From an uncultured Verrucomicrobiae bacterium (GTDB lineage Bacteria > Verrucomicrobiota > Verrucomicrobiia > Chthoniobacterales > JAATET01), in assembly GCA_963719495.1 (NCBI GenBank), contig CAVRCI010000002.1:736001-800000 (forward strand): DNA of 64,000 nt. Direction: 5' to 3'. Positions 1-12,046 of the stretch are shown here, piece after piece (position 1 is the first letter of the stretch; each line of letters starts with the position of its first letter). Under the pieces are notes generated by a model. The model was given only the letters and a program-made list of their open reading frames with translations. It searched no databases and had not been told where the DNA came from. The position numbers and the translations under genes were made by a program.

Positions 1-94
1 AATACTGGGCGAGGAGGGCCGAGACGGTGGTCTTGCCGCCGCCGTCGATGCCTTCGATGGCCACGAGGAGGCCTCCGGGGGCGATGGGTTTCAT
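1..94 (-). CDS. tmk: Thymidylate kinase, N-terminal part (runs off the window edge)
   Basis: Manual translation MKPIAPGGLLVAIEGIDGGGKTTVSALLAQY carries the dTMP kinase P-loop IEGIDGxGKT. Confidence 0.8.
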   Translation of the reverse strand, partial: MKPIAPGGLLVAIEGIDGGGKTTVSALLAQY

Positions 95-318
95 GGCCGC
101 GGAGGGTGGCAGATGTCGGCGGAGTTGGGGAGGGGGAAATTTGAACGAGCTGAGTTGATGTCCCCTGGATCCCGTCGGCAAACGCCTCAAACCTGAATCA
201 ATGACCGATTGCTGCAAAACTTTGGTGCGGCCGCATCAAAGTTTTGTAGGGCTGGGTCGATTGGAGGGGGGCGGTGGCTTTGTCTTGCGGGGTGATGGCT
301 TGTGGGCACAGTGAAGCG

Positions 319-1353
319 ATGAGTTCAGAGGAAGATGTGTTGGGCGCTCTGCGCGGGGTGAAGTATCCGGGGTTCAGCCGGGACGTGGTGTCGTTTGGCT
401 TGGTGAAGGGCGTGAAGGTGGATGGCGGCGTGGTCGACGTGCAGATGACGTTGGCGACGAACGAGGCGGCGATTCCGGCGCGGATCCGCGAGGAATCGAA
501 GGCGGCCATCGAGGCGCTGGCGGGCGTGACCGAGGCGCGGGTGCGGATCGACATTCAGGCTCCGCCGAACGTGGCGGCGAACGCGGGCGCGCGGCGGCTG
601 GACGGTGTGAAGCACGTGATCGCGATCGCGAGCGGCAAGGGCGGCGTGGGCAAATCGACGGTGGCGACGAATCTGGCGGTGAGCTTGCAGCGGGCGGGTT
701 TCCAGACGGGGCTTTGCGACTGCGATCTCTACGGGCCGAGCATTGCCCTGATGATGGGGGCGGACGAGCGCCCGACGGCGGACGCGGACGATCGGATCAT
801 TCCCATTCGCCGGTTCGGGATGCCGATCATGTCGATGGGTCTGCTGCTCGAGCCGGACAGCCCGGCGGTGCTGCGGGGGCCGATGGTGACGCGATACACC
901 CAGCAATTTTTGAAGCAGACGGCTTGGGGCGAGTTGGATTTTCTGATTCTTGATCTGCCGCCGGGAACGGGGGACATTCAATTGACGATCGTGCAGACGG
1001 TGGCGCTGGCGGGTGCGGTGGTCGTGACGACGCCGCAGGAGGTGGCGCTGATCGACGCGCGGAAGGCGGTCTCGATGTTTGCGAAGACGAACGTGCCGGT
1101 GCTGGGAATCGTCGAGAACATGAGTTACTTCGAGTGCCCGAGCGACGGGAAGCGGTATGAAATCTTCGGCGCGGGCGGCGGCGAGCAGGAGGCGGCGCGG
1201 TTGGGAGTGCCGCTTCTCGGGAAGATTCCGATCGACATTCCGGTGCGGGAGGGAGGCGACGTGGGCAGGCCGGTGGCGGAGTTCGCGCCGAAAAGTGCGT
1301 CCGGCATGGCTTTTGCTGACGTAGCACGACAAGTATCAGCCACCGTTGAATGA
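319..1353 (+). CDS. mrp: Mrp/ApbC/NBP35 family Fe-S cluster carrier ATPase
   Basis: SGKGGVGKST, DLPPGTGD, VVVTTPQ and ENMSYFEC motifs; N-terminal FeS-assembly-like domain; ATG at 319. Confidence 0.93.
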   Translation: MSSEEDVLGALRGVKYPGFSRDVVSFGLVKGVKVDGGVVDVQMTLATNEAAIPARIREESKAAIEALAGVTEARVRIDIQAPPNVAANAGARRLDGVKHVIAIASGKGGVGKSTVATNLAVSLQRAGFQTGLCDCDLYGPSIALMMGADERPTADADDRIIPIRRFGMPIMSMGLLLEPDSPAVLRGPMVTRYTQQFLKQTAWGELDFLILDLPPGTGDIQLTIVQTVALAGAVVVTTPQEVALIDARKAVSMFAKTNVPVLGIVENMSYFECPSDGKRYEIFGAGGGEQEAARLGVPLLGKIPIDIPVREGGDVGRPVAEFAPKSASGMAFADVARQVSATVE

Positions 1354-1444
1354 GAGCTTTCGTTCGCCCGTTACAGGTGTGTCGGGCGCTTGATTTTAGC
1401 GCGTTGACTTCTGAAATTGTTCGCCTCTAAATCCGCTTCGTCAC

Positions 1445-1708
1445 ATGAGTTCTCCCAAACCAGAGGTCGTTTTCGACCTTCTTAAAAACTCTTCGCTTTA
1501 CCGCGAATACCTCGCCGAGCGGGAGGAAATCCTCCGTCACAAGTGGATCGAAAGCGAGAAGGCCGGCAAGGACATCGGCTTCGAGCGGGCGCTGTTGGAC
1601 TGGATCATCAAATTTCGCTCCGAGTGGCGGAGTTTGCGTCTGCGTGCCGCCTCGGCGAAACCCGAGAACGACGCCCCCAAATCGGATCAGACGGGCGCGA
1701 GCGTGTGA
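1445..1708 (+). CDS. Small conserved protein, DUF4032-like
   Basis: EILRHKWIESEKAGKDIGFERALLDW motif; stop overlaps the pyrR start (GTGA). Confidence 0.7.
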   Translation: MSSPKPEVVFDLLKNSSLYREYLAEREEILRHKWIESEKAGKDIGFERALLDWIIKFRSEWRSLRLRAASAKPENDAPKSDQTGASV

Positions 1709-2250
1709 GTAGTTCCGGGATTGTCGAAGTGATGGACGCGGCGGCGATCGGGGCGTCCGTCGAGAGGATGGCGGCGGAGATCGCGGAACGGGATGGCGCG
1801 AATGGGCGCTTGGTCCTGGCAGGCATTCCGACCCGTGGCGTGGAAGTGGCGCGGCGGCTGGTCGCGAGGTTGGCGGAGATTTTGGACACGGAGCCCGAAC
1901 TGGGCAGCGTCGATGTCTCGATGCACCGGGACGATCTGGCGACGCGGGGGAGAATGACAACGGTCGAGCCGACGCGGCTGCCGCTTGATCTGGACGGGCG
2001 GACCTTGATCCTCGTCGACGATGTGCTGTTCACCGGACGGAGTGTGCGGGCCGCGATGGACGCGGTGGCGTCGTTCGGGCGGCCGGCGCGGATCCGGTTG
2101 GCGACGTTGGTCGACCGGGGGCACCGGGAACTGCCGATTCGGGCCGACTACGTGGGGGAGGACGTGGAGACGCGGGCGGAGGAAAAAATCCGGGTGCGAT
2201 TCGAGAATCTTGACGGCGAACCCGACAGCGTCAAGGTAGTGCGACCGTGA
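1705..2250 (+). CDS. pyrR: Bifunctional pyr regulator / uracil phosphoribosyltransferase
   Basis: [41 protein letters not shown]. Confidence 0.95.
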   Translation: MSSSGIVEVMDAAAIGASVERMAAEIAERDGANGRLVLAGIPTRGVEVARRLVARLAEILDTEPELGSVDVSMHRDDLATRGRMTTVEPTRLPLDLDGRTLILVDDVLFTGRSVRAAMDAVASFGRPARIRLATLVDRGHRELPIRADYVGEDVETRAEEKIRVRFENLDGEPDSVKVVRP

Positions 2251-3188
2251 ACGAGGCCACCTGGACGCGCAAAGATTTGGTTTCGCTCGACGCGTTGTCG
2301 GCGGATGAGATTCGGATCGTTCTCGATACGGCGCAGGCGTTCAAGGGGGTGGGCGAGCGGAATCTGAAGAAGGTCCCGGCGCTGCGGGGGAAGACTCTGG
2401 TGAATCTCTTCGTCGAGCCGAGCACGCGGACGCGGATTTCGTTTGAGTTGGCGGCGATGCGGGTGAGCGCGGACGTGATCAACGTGAGCGCGTCGGCCTC
2501 GAGCTTGAAGAAAGGTGAGACGCTCAAGGACACGGCGATGATTCTGGAGGCGCTGCACGCCGATCTGATCGTGATCCGGCATTCGTCGGCGGGGGCGGCG
2601 CAGTTCCTCGCTGAACGGCTGCGGGCGAGCGTGATTAACGCCGGGGACGGTGCGCACGAGCACCCGACGCAGGGGTTGCTCGATGCGTTCACGATGCGCG
2701 AGAAGCTCGGTGATTTGGCGGGGCGAAAGGTGGCGATCGTGGGCGATATTTTGTTCAGCCGGGTGGCGCGGTCGAACCTGCACGCACTCACCAAGCTAGG
2801 CGCGGAAGTGACGTTGGTCGGACCAACGACCTTGGTGCCTAGAGCCTTTGAGCGATTGGGCGCGAAGGTCACCCACCGACTCGAGGACGTGATCGAGACG
2901 ACGGACGTGATTAATTTGCTGCGGATCCAGCACGAGCGCCAGCGGAAGGAATATTTTCCCAGTCTCGGCGAATACACGTCGCTCTTCGGCCTGACGAAGG
3001 CGCGGGCGGCGCGGCTGAAGCCGGACTGTCTGGTGATGCACCCGGGGCCGATCAATCGTGGCATCGAGATTGATAGCGGGGTGGCGGACGGGCCGCACAG
3101 CGTTATTCTCGAGCAGGTCACGAACGGTTTGGCCGTGCGGATGGCGGTGCTTTATTTGTGCGGCGGCGGGGCGGGGGTGCCGGTATGA
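2247..3188 (+). CDS. pyrB: Aspartate carbamoyltransferase catalytic subunit
   Basis: [31 protein letters not shown]. Confidence 0.97.
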   Translation: MNEATWTRKDLVSLDALSADEIRIVLDTAQAFKGVGERNLKKVPALRGKTLVNLFVEPSTRTRISFELAAMRVSADVINVSASASSLKKGETLKDTAMILEALHADLIVIRHSSAGAAQFLAERLRASVINAGDGAHEHPTQGLLDAFTMREKLGDLAGRKVAIVGDILFSRVARSNLHALTKLGAEVTLVGPTTLVPRAFERLGAKVTHRLEDVIETTDVINLLRIQHERQRKEYFPSLGEYTSLFGLTKARAARLKPDCLVMHPGPINRGIEIDSGVADGPHSVILEQVTNGLAVRMAVLYLCGGGAGVPV

Positions 3189-3207
3189 TGTTTATGGTTC
3201 TCACGCA

Positions 3208-3297
3208 GAGCACCGGAGCCTGGGAAGGCTCGGGGCAGACTGCATTGGCTCTGCAATGCAGCCCGAAGGGCGAGACGAGCGGGAGCGAGCGAGTCAA
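3208..3297. repeat. Structured multi-hairpin repeat unit, copy 1
   Basis: Near-identical to 57985-58054 and similar to 57914-57983. Confidence 0.85.
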
Positions 3298-3315
3298 TCG
3301 CAGGGACGCAGAGGA

Positions 3316-4587
3316 ATGAAGGGACTGATTATCGAAAACGGTCGGGTGATCGATCCGGCGAGTGGGCGGGATGAGGTGGCGGACATCTTTGTTTCAGAAG
3401 GTCGGTTCGTGGCCGATCGCCCGGCGGACGCGGAGGTGATTGACGCAAAGGGACTCGTGGTCGCGCCGGGGTTGATTGATTTGCACGTGCATTTGCGCGA
3501 GCCGGGTCAGGCGCACAAGGAGACGATCGCCAGCGGGACGGCGGCGGCGGCGGCGGGTGGTTTCACGAGCGTGGTTTGCATGCCGAATACGTCGCCGGTC
3601 GCGGACAGCCCGAGCACGATCAGTTGGATCCGTGAGAAGGCCGCGGAGACGGCGGTCGTGAACGTGTTCTGCACGGGCGCGATCACGCGGGGTCTGGCGG
3701 GTGAGGAATTGGCGCCGATCGGGTCGATGGCGAAGGCGGGCATCGTGGCGATCACGGACGACGGGCATTGCGTGCAGAGCCCCGAGATGATGCGACGGGC
3801 CTTGGAATACGCGCGGATGTTCGAGCTGCCGCTGTTCGATCACTGTCAGGATTATTCGTTGGTCGGTGATGGCGTGATGCACGAGGGCGATTGGAGCGTG
3901 CGGCTGGGGCTGCCGGGTTGGCCGCGAATTGGCGAAGAGCTGATCGTGGCCCGCAACGCGATGCTGGCGGAATTTTGCGACGCGCCGATTCATTGTCAGC
4001 ACCTGACTTCCGGTGGGAGCGTGCGGCTGCTGCGCGAGGCGCGCGGGCGGGGGGTGAAGATCTCCGGCGAAGTCTGTCCGCATCACATCATTCTGACCGA
4101 CGAGCTGCTGGCGGGCTACGACTCGAATTACAAGATGAACCCGCCGCTGCGGACGGAGGCCGACATCGATCTGCTGATCGAGGGCGTGTCGGATGGGACG
4201 ATCAACATTCTGGCCAGCGATCACGCGCCGCACGCCGACTACGAGAAGGAGGTCGAGCTCGACCAGGCTCCGTTTGGGATTCTTGGGCTGGAGACCGAGT
4301 TTGGGTTGTTCTGCGACACGCTGGTGCATCGGCGGAAGGCGATTGATTTGTCACGCTTGATTGCGCTGCTGACGGTCGAGCCAGCGAAGTTGCTGCGGCT
4401 TGATCGTGGGACGCTCGCGGTCGGCGCGCCGGGGGATGTGACGTTGATCGATCCGGATCTCGAGTGGACCGTCGATAAACACGCGTCGTCGTCGCTCTCG
4501 CGGAACACGCCGTTTCACGGTCGCGAGGTGAAGGGGCGGGCGGTGCGGACTATCGTGGGTGGGGCGACGGTCTGGGAGCTGGATTAG
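3316..4587 (+). CDS. pyrC: Dihydroorotase
   Basis: DLHVHLREPG, MPNT, KMNPPLR, ASDHAPH; ATG at 3316 after GAGGA. Confidence 0.95.
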   Translation: MKGLIIENGRVIDPASGRDEVADIFVSEGRFVADRPADAEVIDAKGLVVAPGLIDLHVHLREPGQAHKETIASGTAAAAAGGFTSVVCMPNTSPVADSPSTISWIREKAAETAVVNVFCTGAITRGLAGEELAPIGSMAKAGIVAITDDGHCVQSPEMMRRALEYARMFELPLFDHCQDYSLVGDGVMHEGDWSVRLGLPGWPRIGEELIVARNAMLAEFCDAPIHCQHLTSGGSVRLLREARGRGVKISGEVCPHHIILTDELLAGYDSNYKMNPPLRTEADIDLLIEGVSDGTINILASDHAPHADYEKEVELDQAPFGILGLETEFGLFCDTLVHRRKAIDLSRLIALLTVEPAKLLRLDRGTLAVGAPGDVTLIDPDLEWTVDKHASSSLSRNTPFHGREVKGRAVRTIVGGATVWELD

Positions 4588-4761
4588 TTTGACGGTGATG
4601 GCGGGGGTGCAGATTCAGGTGGGATGGAGGGTGCGACGATCAAGTGGGGAGAGGGCGTCTCGCCCTCTCGATTCATTCGTGAGGACGAGACGTCCTCACC
4701 CCGTTTTCGTGGGGTTACTGCTTTTTCGCGAACCGACTTTCAGCCGTTTTTGGTTTGCTGA

Positions 4762-5919
<1,158 letters not shown>

Positions 5920-6068
5920 CGGGAATGCGAATACGGTTTGGAACAGAAGGTCGCTAAGGACGCAAAGGAATACAGAAGAATACGGGATTCAAAGGGGGTG
6001 AGATCGGGCGGAGCCCGGCCTCACCTTTTGCGAGCTTTGGGCTCTTCTGTTCCAAGCGCATTGAATTT

Positions 6069-6773
6069 TTATCCGCCCCAGCGACCGTCGACGCTGATCT
6101 GGCGGGTGGTGGAGATGTGGGAGTAGTCGGTCTTACCGATGGCACCGATCATTTTTTTGCCCGTGGCTTTTTTCCAGGCGGAGCTGAAGCTCTCGCCGGT
6201 GTGGCAGCCCCAGCTTTTGACGAAGGCGTCTTTAGTGAAGATCCCGCGGCGGATGCCTTTGAGTTCGTCTTCGTGGAGCCAGGCCTTCGAGGCGCTGTCG
6301 ATCTGGTTGCTGTAGTCGAACATGAAGCACTTGCTGTTCGAGTGGCCGAAGAACTCGAAATTGGCGATTTTGACCTGATTGCGGGGCAGACCGCCGTTGA
6401 GGTAGCCGATGACCTGGGATCCCTCGTCGAACCAGACGAGGTTGACGCCGTATTTGTCGCGGACCGAGGTGATGTTCGAGATGATCGCGGGTTCGTTCAT
6501 GCGGTTGGCGCGGCGGGTGTAGGCGGGGCGGTAGACGAGCCAGGTGATGCGGGCGTTGGGGCCGGCTTCCTTGCGGAGTTCTTCGATCCGCATGCGGGCG
6601 GAGCGGATGAAATTGCCCCACCATTGGTCGTGCGGGGCGGCTTTGTATTTCTCCCATTCGTGGAGCGACGGCCCGCCGCTGAGGAGGATGTATTCCCTGT
6701 CGGCGGTCGCGGCGTGGGCAAGCGGGGCGGCGAAGGTGAGGAGAAAAAGGAGTGCGGTGAGTCGGGCGCGCAT
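6069..6773 (-). CDS. Hypothetical secreted protein
   Basis: 234-aa ORF with signal peptide (…APLAHA); FFGHS and SWGCHTG motifs suggest a possible His/Cys dyad. Confidence 0.75.
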   Translation of the reverse strand: MRARLTALLFLLTFAAPLAHAATADREYILLSGGPSLHEWEKYKAAPHDQWWGNFIRSARMRIEELRKEAGPNARITWLVYRPAYTRRANRMNEPAIISNITSVRDKYGVNLVWFDEGSQVIGYLNGGLPRNQVKIANFEFFGHSNSKCFMFDYSNQIDSASKAWLHEDELKGIRRGIFTKDAFVKSWGCHTGESFSSAWKKATGKKMIGAIGKTDYSHISTTRQISVDGRWGG

Positions 6774-6824
6774 GGTGGGCGTGGGAGTGTTGTTGGTTGT
6801 TAGTTATTGGTTATTGGGGATTCG

Positions 6825-7541
6825 TCAATTGAGAGATTTGAGAAAGGCGGGACGATCGGTGGTGATACCATCGACGCCGAGGGCGCGGCAGTAGAACGCG
6901 GAGCGGCGGTCGTTCACGGTGAAGACGTAGATGATTTTGGATTTCAGACTTTGGATTTTGGATTGGGTGAGGTTGCGGGTGTAGCGGAGATCGACGCCGT
7001 CGAGGTTGGCGGCTTCGAGGCGGGGTGGAAGGTCGGGCGGGATTTCGTCGAGCAACCAGAGAGCCGGGTGGCTCGGGAAGCGGGCTTTGGTGGCGGCGAT
7101 GAGGTCGTGGTCGAAGGCGATGAAGGTGGGCTGGACGTCGGGGCGGGTCGCGACGGCGGCGGCGATGGGGGCGAGGAGTTCGGCGCCTTCCTTGAGTTCG
7201 AGGACGACGCGGGAGCAGGGCGGGCAGATGGCGAGGACCTCGGCGAGGGTCGGGATCTGGGGCGCGCGGACGCGGAGGTCGGCGAGGGTGAGGGCGCCGA
7301 GGCGCCCAAAGACGCCGGTCGTGCGGGTGAGGGTGGGGTCGTGGAGCGCGACGACTTCGCCGTCGGCGGTGAGGCGGAGGTCGGTCTCGATGGCGTCGGC
7401 TCCGTGGCGCCAGGCGAGGGTGAAGGCGGCGAGGGTGTTTTCCGGCGCGTGGGCCGAGGCTCCGCGATGGGCGATGATGAGGGGGGTAGGCTTGGGGGGT
7501 GGTGTTGGTTTTTGGTGATTGGTTATTGGTGGGGGGATCAC
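6825..7541 (-). CDS. Glycerophosphodiester phosphodiesterase family protein
   Basis: [45 protein letters not shown]; start uncertain. Confidence 0.9.
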   Translation of the reverse strand: MIPPPITNHQKPTPPPKPTPLIIAHRGASAHAPENTLAAFTLAWRHGADAIETDLRLTADGEVVALHDPTLTRTTGVFGRLGALTLADLRVRAPQIPTLAEVLAICPPCSRVVLELKEGAELLAPIAAAVATRPDVQPTFIAFDHDLIAATKARFPSHPALWLLDEIPPDLPPRLEAANLDGVDLRYTRNLTQSKIQSLKSKIIYVFTVNDRRSAFYCRALGVDGITTDRPAFLKSLN

Positions 7542-7637
7542 GGATCGAGTGACGTTTGGGGCTGGCGAGAGTCGATGGGTGAGGTGAGAAGCCAGAGATG
7601 TTTCGCTTCGCTCAACATGACAAGCGGGGTTTGAGGT

Positions 7638-8796
7638 TAGGGTCTTTCGTTATGAGGACTCAAGAGGCAAGGATGTTGAAGGTGGCCCGAGGGTTGGAAT
7701 CGAGAAGTTCGCGGATTTGAGAGAGAGAGTGGTCGGGGAAAGTGTCGGCGAGTCGGGCGAGCAGGGCGCTGCGCAGAAGGGCGAGGTTGGCCAGGGCGTT
7801 GGGGTTGCGGGCGCGGTCCTCGCCCAGGAGGGCGTCGCGGCGCCAGTGGTTGCGGATCTCGACTCGGGCCCAGTGACCGCGAATGAGGTCGAGCCATTGG
7901 GTGCTGGTGTAATGTTCCGGCGGGGCGCTGGAGAGGTAGTCGCGGGTTTCGGTGGAGGTGGCGGCGGATTTTTTCAGGGTTTGCTCGCAGCGCTGGGTGC
8001 CTTCTTTCTGGTCGTAGACGGCGATGGCTTGGGGGGAGCCGTCTTCGTGCTGGGCGAGGGTCACTCCACCCGGCGCGGTGATGAGCGCACCCCGGCACTC
8101 GGGCGGCAACTCGCAGGCCCGCAGCCGCGCGCGGTCCCCGACCTCCAACTCTCGCAGCCAGAGCTTTTTAGGACGCTCGTTGGGGATGTAGAAATCCGCC
8201 CGGTGCCGACTGTATCCCGCGCTCATTCCCACCGCCTCCCAGTTGCTGGCCACAATAACAGGTGCCCGCGTGGCTCTCCGGGTCGGTGAAACTTTCCGCC
8301 AAAAGCGGCCGGTAGCCAAAGCGCTCCAGCCATTGTCCTGGCAAGGCTCTCAACGCCGCTCCCATCGCCGCGCTGGCCAGATTGGGCTCCTGGCCCTTGG
8401 CCGCGAGCACCAGAAAGCGGCGGTTCTGCACGATCAACTTGAGCCGTTCCACGCGATGCGGCGAGCTCGAGCCAATCCACAGATCCCGATCCTTGAGCGC
8501 GTAGCAGCTCGGTCCCCACACCAGTAGGGCCACCGCCCGCCCTTCGATCTCCACAATCTGCCGCCGGCTATCACCCACCGTTCGCCCCGCTCCCAAGTGA
8601 TGATGCTCCCTTAAACTCTCGTCAAAACTGGCCACTTCTTCCGCCGTGGCCACTCGGGCTTCCAACTTCTGCCGCTTCTCCGATGGTGTTGTGTCTTTCC
8701 TCCCACTTCATCCCATCGGCATTCGCCCTTTTTGTTTACCAAAAAAATACCTCCCCTCTACCTCAACTACTTACTTCCTCAGAAAAATAGACCCTG
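7638..8796 (-). mobile_element. Degenerate ISAs1-family element with DUF4338-fused transposase (frameshifted, internally deleted)
   Basis: Imperfect terminal IRs TAGGGTCTTTCGTTATGAGG and CAGGGTCTATTTTTCTGAGG (rc of 8777-8796); ORF pieces 8168-8665 and 7660-8319 match the 26195 transposase (PLLAESFxDPESHAGTxY, IPNxRPKKLWL) and the ISAs1 C-terminus (IRGHW..EIRNHWRRD). Confidence 0.85.
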
Positions 8797-8917
8797 CCCC
8801 GATTGACGGATCGGCTTAAGAAATCGGCTTAAGAAAGCGTTGTCGACTCGGAAGAAACCTGCTATTTCCCACCGCTGCGGGGGTGGACACGGGTCTGGCT
8901 TGGCGGGCGGAACGGAC

Positions 8918-11833
8918 ATGTTGGCTTCTTCTTTCAAAGGTTGGTTTTACCGGTGGTTGGTGCTCCACCTCCTGGTTTTCGTGGCGCTGGCGGCGACATT
9001 TCCGCTGGTCGGTCAGGGGATCGTCGGCTCGATGGCGGTGGCGTTTTTCATCACGATGGGATTCGGGACAGTCAGTTGGCGGGCCATGCGGGCCGAGGCG
9101 GCGATTCGGGCCTCGGTCGAGGCCGCCCGGTTGGCGGAAAGCCGCTGGACCCGACTCGTCGAAGCGCTCGGTCAGGCGGTCTATCACCACGACCTGATCC
9201 GCGACGAAATCGTCTACTCGGGAGAGACGGTCACTTTGTGCAATCGCACCCTCGGTGAGATGGAACGCAATACGGCCGAGTGGCTGGCGACGATCCACCC
9301 GGACGATCGGGAGGCGGTGGGCGAGCGATTCGAGCGCGCGAAACGCGAAGGCGGTTTGTTCGAAGCCGAGTATCGCATCCGCGAGCGGGACGCGACGGCC
9401 TACCGACTGACCCTCGATCGGGGGATCATTTCGCAATCGGCTTCGGGTGAGCCGCTCGCGATGGACGGTGTGGTCATGGACATCGAACAGGGACGTCGGG
9501 ACGAGGAGCGCTTCCGCACCCTCTTCGAACAGTCGACGACACCGCACTTTCTCGTTGGGCAGGACGGCGTCTTCGAATGCAACGGCGCGTCGTTGGCGAT
9601 GTTGGGCTTGAAGGACAAGAGCGTGCTGATCGGTCGGGATCTCAGGCGATTCTGGCCGGAGCGGCAACCCGATGGTCGAACGACGGAATCGGTCGTGCAT
9701 CGGATGACGGAATCCGTCTACCGGGGGCAGCCGGCCACTGCCGAAATCGTCAAAGTCGCCGCGACGGGCGAGCACATCCCGGTGCAGGTCACCATGTCGG
9801 CGGTGCAACTCGGCGACGAGGAGGCGATGCTGGTCGTCTGGCACGATTTGCGCGAAGCAAAACGGGCGCAGTCGCGGTTGGCAGCCAGCGAACTCCAGTA
9901 TCGGGAGCTGGTCGAGAACCTGCACCAGATTGTCTATCAGGTCGACGTCGAGGGGAATTGGACTTATCTCAACTCCGCTTGGGAGCGCATCACCGGGTTC
10001 ACGGTGGCCGAAGCGCTGGGCGAGAGTTTCGAAGATTTCGTCTGCCGGGAGGATTTGCCGGCCATTCAGAGACTTCGGGAATTGGAGCTGGGTGGCGACG
10101 AGGGGACGCATCGTTTCGAGATGCGGCTGCGATCCCGCTCGGGTCGCTGGCGGCAGGTGGAGGGCTACTGCCGCCCGCTACGCAACGAAGGCGGCGTCGT
10201 GATCGGAACGAGTGGATTACTGACGGATGAGACCGAGCGCCTCCAAACCCAGCGTGAACTCCGTCTCGCCAAGGAGGCCGCCGAACGGGCGAGCCGGGCC
10301 AAGGGGGAATTCCTCGCCGTGATGAGCCACGAGATCCGCACACCGCTCAATGGCGTCCTGGGATTCGCGAGCCTGCTCGGGCAAACCCGGCTCGATGCCG
10401 GGCAGAAGGAGTATCTGCAGACGATCAGCGCGTGCGGGGATTCGCTGCTGACTTTGATCGACGACATTCTGGATTTCTCGCGGATGGAATCCGGGCGGCT
10501 GGAACTCGAGCACCGCCCGCTGCCGCTGCGCGAATGCGTCGCGGGGATCGTCGACGTGCATTCGCACCGCGCCAACGAAAAGGGGATCGAGCTGGTGGCG
10601 GGATTCGCCGAGGATTTCCCCGGGGAGATCGAGGGCGATGTCACGCGATTGCGCCAGGTGCTTTCGAATTTGGTGGGGAATGCGATCAAGTTCACCGACG
10701 ACGGGCACGTGGCCGTGCATGGTCGGCTCGTCTCCCGGGCGGGTGATCGGGTCACTCTCGCATTTCGCGTGTCGGATAGCGGCGTCGGGATCCCGGCGGA
10801 CCAGGTGGGGAAATTGTTTCACCCGTTCGTTCAGGCCGACGCGTCCACGTCGCGGCGCTACGGCGGGACGGGCCTCGGGCTGGCGATTTGCCGACGTTTG
10901 ACCGAGGCGATGGGTGGAGAGATTCGCGTGGAAAGCGTCTTTGGGCAGGGAACGGCGATGGAGTTTACGATCGTCGCCCGCGAGACCAAGTCGGCGCCGA
11001 AGAGCCCGACCTGGCCGGGACGGCGCGTCCTGATCGTGGACCGTAGTGAGGTGTCCCGCCGGAGCCTGACGGAGATCTTCGCGGCCGCGGACGTTGTCGC
11101 CGTCGAGTGCCCGACCGCCCGTTCCGCGCTCACCTGGTTGGAAAGCGGCACGCGGATCGACTTGGTGCTGCTCGGGGCGATGCCCGACGACAGAGAGGTC
11201 GGGGGGGAAATCGAGATCACGAAGCGGGCGGGCGAATTGGGTGTCGACGTCCTTTTGATGATGCCATCCAGCGGCCGGGCGGCGGGACTGCCGAAGGACC
11301 TTCCGGGCGAGAGTGGGCGCGTCGGGAAGCCGATTCATCTGCCGGCGCTGTGGCGGTCCGTGGACCGGATCTTTTCCGACGGAACTTCGGAGCCCGAGGG
11401 AGAAAGTCCCGAGTCCGTTGGAGTCGAAGATGCCCGGACGGGGCGGGACCTGGCGGTTCTCCTGGTCGAGGACAATGCCGTGAACACCAAACTCATGTTG
11501 AGAATGCTGGCGATGCTGGGGTTTCCGGCGGATCACGCGGCGGACGGCGAAGCGAGCCTGCGCTGCTGCGAAGAAAGGACCTACGGGCTCGTGCTCATGG
11601 ACGTCCAGCTGCCGGGCATGGACGGCATCGAAGCGACGCGGCGCCTGCGGGCGAAGGGATTTGCGGGCACGATCATCGCGCTCACGGCGCACGCCATGCC
11701 CGAGGATCGCGAGCGCTGCCTCGAAGCCGGGATGAACGATTACTTGACGAAGCCCGTGCAGCTGGGGCGGCTGCGGGAGGCGCTCGGTGTGGCGGTGCCG
11801 GGGGTGCCGGGGTTGCCGGGGTTGCCGGGCTGA
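8918..11833 (+). CDS. PAS-domain hybrid sensor histidine kinase / response regulator
   Basis: Two TM segments, three PAS domains, FLAVMSHEIRTPLNG H-box, NLVGNAIKFT, GGTGLGL, C-terminal receiver (LMDVQLPGMDG); start could be 8840. Confidence 0.93.
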   Translation: MLASSFKGWFYRWLVLHLLVFVALAATFPLVGQGIVGSMAVAFFITMGFGTVSWRAMRAEAAIRASVEAARLAESRWTRLVEALGQAVYHHDLIRDEIVYSGETVTLCNRTLGEMERNTAEWLATIHPDDREAVGERFERAKREGGLFEAEYRIRERDATAYRLTLDRGIISQSASGEPLAMDGVVMDIEQGRRDEERFRTLFEQSTTPHFLVGQDGVFECNGASLAMLGLKDKSVLIGRDLRRFWPERQPDGRTTESVVHRMTESVYRGQPATAEIVKVAATGEHIPVQVTMSAVQLGDEEAMLVVWHDLREAKRAQSRLAASELQYRELVENLHQIVYQVDVEGNWTYLNSAWERITGFTVAEALGESFEDFVCREDLPAIQRLRELELGGDEGTHRFEMRLRSRSGRWRQVEGYCRPLRNEGGVVIGTSGLLTDETERLQTQRELRLAKEAAERASRAKGEFLAVMSHEIRTPLNGVLGFASLLGQTRLDAGQKEYLQTISACGDSLLTLIDDILDFSRMESGRLELEHRPLPLRECVAGIVDVHSHRANEKGIELVAGFAEDFPGEIEGDVTRLRQVLSNLVGNAIKFTDDGHVAVHGRLVSRAGDRVTLAFRVSDSGVGIPADQVGKLFHPFVQADASTSRRYGGTGLGLAICRRLTEAMGGEIRVESVFGQGTAMEFTIVARETKSAPKSPTWPGRRVLIVDRSEVSRRSLTEIFAAADVVAVECPTARSALTWLESGTRIDLVLLGAMPDDREVGGEIEITKRAGELGVDVLLMMPSSGRAAGLPKDLPGESGRVGKPIHLPALWRSVDRIFSDGTSEPEGESPESVGVEDARTGRDLAVLLVEDNAVNTKLMLRMLAMLGFPADHAADGEASLRCCEERTYGLVLMDVQLPGMDGIEATRRLRAKGFAGTIIALTAHAMPEDRERCLEAGMNDYLTKPVQLGRLREALGVAVPGVPGLPGLPG

Positions 11834-12046
11834 AGGTAGGGCGGCGGCGCCGCGGGTGCCGATTTTGGTTATGGGTTGCGCTGGGTGAGGGCGGGGTCCC
11901 GGTATGCTCGGGTGGTCTGGCGGGACGGCGAGCGTTCCGGATGATCGGGCGCTCTGGGAGATGGTCACGGAACCCGGCGGCGCGGCTTCCCTACCTATTT
12001 TGGACGCGGGCGCGGCTTCTTCGCGGCTTTGGACGTAGAGGGTGCT

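Noticed and set aside
7638..8796. Druantia defence system
   Set aside because: DUF4338 is inside an IS with terminal repeats; no DruE or other Dru genes
11795..11830. 9-bp repeat encoding PGVPGLPGLPG at the kinase C-terminus
   Set aside because: Short low-complexity tail with no evident function
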